A stretch of DNA of 64,000 bases from Malacoraja senta (taxonomy: Eukaryota). The position numbers and the translations under genes are program-made. The stretch is from positions 32,240,001 through 32,304,000 of the forward strand of contig CM075978.1 of NCBI GenBank assembly GCA_038087875.1, given 5' to 3'. The notes under the pieces were generated by a model that saw only the letters and a program-made list of their open reading frames with translations, was not told the DNA's origin and did no database searches. Below, one piece after another: positions 60,265 to 64,000 of this stretch. Positions within the stretch are counted from its first letter, which is position 1, and every line of letters begins with the position of its first letter.

Positions 60265-61035
60265 GTAATCAATTTTTGTGCTTGGTAATAGTTTGGATTT
60301 ATGTGGGTGAATAATGAATCCCAGCCTCTCGAAAATAAGCTTAATTCTTCACACTGATGCTTCTGTTGTAGCCAAAGTGTCTCCCACAATCTGAATATCA
60401 TCCAAATAGGCCATTAGCACATGGCCCTGAGCTCTTAGTAGTGCTAAAATTGGTTTTATTAATTTTGTAAATAGTCTTGGAGCTGAAGTTAAACCATTAG
60501 GCAATGCTTTAAATTGCCATAATTGACTCATCCATCTAAATGTTAAGTATCTCCGATCATTACCATGCACAACCACAGAATAATATGCATCTTGCATATC
60601 TATGCTAGCCATATAGCATTCTCTTGAAACAAGCTGAATGGCATTTGTAAATGTCTCCATTTTAAAATGTTTATACTGTACAAAAGGGTTAAGACTTGTC
60701 AGATCTAAAATAATTCTACACCCACCATCCCTTTTTGGTCTAGGAAAAATACTTGACACAAATTGATGGTGTTGGTCAACTGACTTCTCTATTACACCTT
60801 TTTTGCACAATATTTCAAGTTCTGCCTGAATCTGCGTATTCTCTTCTTTTGAGAAAATACGTGTCCGGCATGAAATATGCTGAGTAGGATCCAAATGTGG
60901 ATAGAATTCAATTCTAAATCCCACAATACTGCACAGTATAAACGCATCATTTGTTATTTGTTGCCATTCTTTTAGGAAGAATTGTAATCTTCCTCCAACT
61001 TGTGAGTGTGAAACATTTAATATGTCTCTTGCCAC
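60265..61035 (-). pseudogene. DIRS reverse transcriptase (premature stop at 60349-60351)
   Basis: VGGRLQFFLKEW, FPRPKRDGGCRIILDL, SIDMQDAYY, LPNGLTSAPRLFTK, AYLDDI. Confidence 0.93.
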
Positions 61036-61039
61036 CTAC

Positions 61040-62541
61040 CTCGGGGTTTGCCGATGGCAAATGTTGTCCCATACTCTTAGTGGGAATATTGTAACCTCCA
61101 CGCGTCCCAGGAGCAGTGCGCCAATAACGCGTATATGGGAAAGACCGACTTGTTCCTTCTCCAGCCTCAGACATCCGTCGGTAGGGATACTGCCTTCGAA
61201 TTGATCTGCCAAGCACCGGTGGTTTCATCATTCCCACGGTTTTTGCTTCTTCTTTCAGGTCTTTTACCCTTTTGGCTAGATTCTCTCCAAAAAGCAGGTT
61301 ACGCAATTGAATATTAGATGGTTTACAGAGCCCTGCAAACTTAGGGTGAATATTAGGTCTTATGGCACTTTTACGAATACAGTTTATTTCAAAGTGCGCA
61401 CTACACATGAGTGCTAAGGCATCCTGTTGTGATGCAGACACATGCTCCTCATCCAAACCTCTGGCGAAAGCCATAATGCCTGACCCCAGCAATTTCAACA
61501 CCTGTTGTGATTTCAATTCTTGTGCTCGTACTCCAATGCCCAAATAGACCCATATCACGTTATTCACCGCTGGGACTGCTAGAAGTGCACAATTCTGCGG
61601 GGTTTCATATTTTTTGACAGTCTCATCCATGATTAATTCCTGGAGCTGATGGGAGAGCAAGTAATTTATAGTCATTGCTAATTCATCTCCCAATGGTTCC
61701 CCTGTTGGTCTGGGAACAGCAAACTTTTGCGCCAGACCTGGTATTTTAGGCTCTGTTATTGGGCTCTGGTCCTCATATGATTCATCATCTGAATCTTGAT
61801 GTTCCTCCTCATGATGGGGGAGATCTGGCATCCCTGTTTCAGGTGATTCTAGCACTGGCTCTTCCATAGGCCTACGCATAGTAAATTCTTTACCAGGTTC
61901 TCCCCGCGCGGGCTTTCCTGTAGGCCCACGCATAGCCAGCCCTATTTCAGGTGCTGCTGGCACTGGCTCCCCTGTAGGCCAACGCTTATACTGTCTTCCT
62001 TCAGACATTGTTGGCGCTGGCACTCCTTTAGGCCAACGCTTATACTGCCTTTTTTCAGGCATTTCTGGCGCTGGCTCTCCTGTAGGCCAACACATATACT
62101 GCCTTTTTTCAGACATTTCTGGCGCTGGCTCTCCTGTAGGCCAACGCTGTGCCCGACCCATCCAAGGCACTCCCTGCGCTGGCTCTCCCATAGGCCAACG
62201 CAGACGTATTCCTCCTGATGTGGTTCTTGATATATCATTTTCCCCATGAGGAATTCTAGACTAGCGACCCCAGCAGCCATAACTTCTGACTGAGGAGGGT
62301 TAACCTCCGGGTCTGACTCCTCAGAGTCTACTGGTCGCACGGACTTTTGCCCGGCCTTGCGCCCCAATGGCGATGTAACGGTACTTTCTACCACATCTGG
62401 AGTTGATGGCCTCGCTGCCACCGACTCCTCAAACGGACGCCCGCTACCCTCAGACCCACGGTCTTCTTGAGGTTTACCTGCGGTACGTCTCCTCCCTCTA
62501 CGCCCTCTCTCCATACTAACTTGTGTGGAACTCCACTTCAA
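61040..62541 (-). pseudogene. DIRS gag-like ORF1 with 18-aa tandem repeats (frameshift near 62200)
   Basis: ORFs 61942-62541 and 60947-62191; KYETPQNC..L.VP.VN..IW and LLFGENL motifs typical of DIRS ORF1. Confidence 0.8.
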
Positions 62542-62692
62542 GTCTAACGAGGAAGGCTTTTACTTACTCACCGCTTGGAGGAGCTTTTCTCCTCCACACA
62601 CGGTCGCTGCGCTATGCGTCTGACGATATGACGCATGTGCGGCTGGACGGGCTCTTCTTCACGTAGTCACTCACGTGACTCCGAAGTAAAAT

Positions 62693-63586
62693 TAGCATCA
62701 CAGAGATATGGTCTGGGGAGCCAAAGTGGGGACGGGGGAGTGCCTTGAATGCCTTCTTGATGTTTGTATAGGCTAGGTCCAGTGTGTTCACTCCCCTGGT
62801 TGCAAAGTCCACATGCTGGTAGTAATGTGGGAGAACTGTCTTCATGTTGGCCTGGTTAAAATCCCCAGCAACAATGAAAGCACCATCTGGGTGTGTAGTT
62901 TGCAAGTCACTGATGGAACGATAAAGAGCATTCAGGTCCTCCTTAGTGTTTGCACTGGGGAGGGGGGGGGTGTACACAGCTGTGATGGTTATGATAGTAA
63001 ATTCCCTGGGCAGATAGAAGGGTCTGCACTTTATTGTCAAAAACTCAATGTCTGGGGAGCATTGATTTGAGACCACTGTGGCATTTTTACACCAGCTGTT
63101 ATTAGTGTAAATGCACACACCACCACCCCGGGATTTCCCACTGAGAGCGCAGCTCCTGTCCGACCGGAATGTTGTTAGCTCCTCCACGCTAATAGCGCCG
63201 TCGGGAACAGAGGAGTTTAACCACGTCTCTGTTAAGATCAGGGCGCAGCAATCTCTCATCTCCCGTTTGGTTACCAGATCCAGCCTCAGGTAGTCCAACT
63301 TACTCTCCAAGGAGCGGACGTTAGTGAGCAGAATAGATGGAAGTGGTGTTCTGCAGGGGTTAGCCTTTAGTTTTGCCGTTAGCCCACCCCCGAGTGCTGC
63401 GCTTCTGCTTCCTGTCGCACCATCTCCTCCGAGTGCGGCCAGTGCTGGTAGGAGACTCCGCAGCTTCGTAGGCCGCTGGTTCCAGCTGACACAGCAGTCC
63501 GAGACTCCGTAGTATCCAGAGTGGCCGGATCCACGACCGCTGAACTGCTGGATGCACGCAGTTCCAACACGGACTGACAGCCACAC
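62693..63586 (-). pseudogene. Rex1/Babar APE-type endonuclease
   Basis: LTNVRSLESK, LTETWL, RGGGVCIY, IVAGDFN, TLDLAY, SPDH motifs. Confidence 0.93.
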
Positions 63587-64000
63587 AGCACAGTGACCAT
63601 CAGACTCTCCGGACTAAGTACGTTTTTTACTTTCACTTGTTACATCCTGCATTCTGTTGGATCTGGTTGTTTCGCCTGGTAAATAGACTACAGGAGAATG
63701 AACAAATAGTATAATAGAAACATTTTTCATTAAAGTTGAATCATTTCTCTCTAACTGAAAACATACTGTACATTATAGTAATGACATTAATATAATTTAA
63801 TTACCATTACACCAATCATCAATTACCATTACACCAACTTTCTTGACAAATAATTAGATTACTGGTAAACCGGCACTCAATTAACATGAAGCAACTAAAT
63901 TTAAACTGACAAAGTCGTTAGGACCAGTGTATCCGCATAGCTGACAGTTAAAATTCTGAATCCTTCCTTATTAAAAGCACTTTGAACAAAAAATAAATTA

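Larger units (their letters stand above)
57694..62689 (-). mobile_element. DIRS1-like tyrosine-recombinase retrotransposon, both termini and ICR present
   Basis: gag-RT-RNaseH-MTase-YR order on the minus strand; ITRs 57761-57800 / 62630-62668; ICR 57913-58025; AAT at 57691-57693 and 62690-62692. Confidence 0.96.
55586..63660 (-). mobile_element. Near-full-length Rex1/Babar LINE (APE + RT), split by a DIRS insertion; 5' boundary approximate
   Basis: (TGAT)n tail at 55586-55607; RT fragments at 55760-57690; endonuclease at 62693-63586; the two halves rejoin in frame (..SVMLI|PAYR..). Confidence 0.93.

Noticed and set aside
62612-62692. C-terminal extension of the 324-aa endonuclease ORF (LRSHVSDYVKK...) as a fusion gene
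   Set aside because: Chance read-through into the DIRS terminal repeat after the insertion point.
1-64000. Minus-strand excess of retroelements as proof of a plus-strand host intron
   Set aside because: About 8 of 11 V-SINEs are minus, but many LINE fragments are plus; the bias is too weak in this sample to support a claim.

Overview
Eukaryotic, AT-rich, repeat-dense DNA with no recognisable host protein-coding gene. The mix of HE1-like V-SINEs, HER1/CR1-like LINE tails, Rex1/Babar, Penelope-like (PLE) fragments and L1 points to a cartilaginous fish, probably a skate or ray. This is inferred from family recognition, not from a search. Best-resolved structures: (1) a terminally complete ~5.0-kb DIRS tyrosine-recombinase retrotransposon (57694-62689) inserted through a 3-bp ATT overlap into a near-full-length Rex1/Babar LINE; (2) a composite non-autonomous Helitron (19958-21902) with duplicated 5' modules and several minisatellites, plus a second Helitron (50709-51605) with a related 3' end; (3) PLE terminal-repeat fragments with hammerhead-ribozyme-like cores, two of which carry apparently captured non-PLE DNA; (4) a CpG-rich CORE-type tRNA SINE that resembles teleost SINEs; (5) a ~140-bp (AAG)n-tailed retroposon in two copies, each with an 11-bp TSD; (6) a 350-bp MITE with 40-bp perfect TIRs. 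Several multi-kb TE-poor stretches may hold conserved non-coding elements, but that cannot be shown from this sequence alone. Boundaries of old, decayed repeats are approximate.
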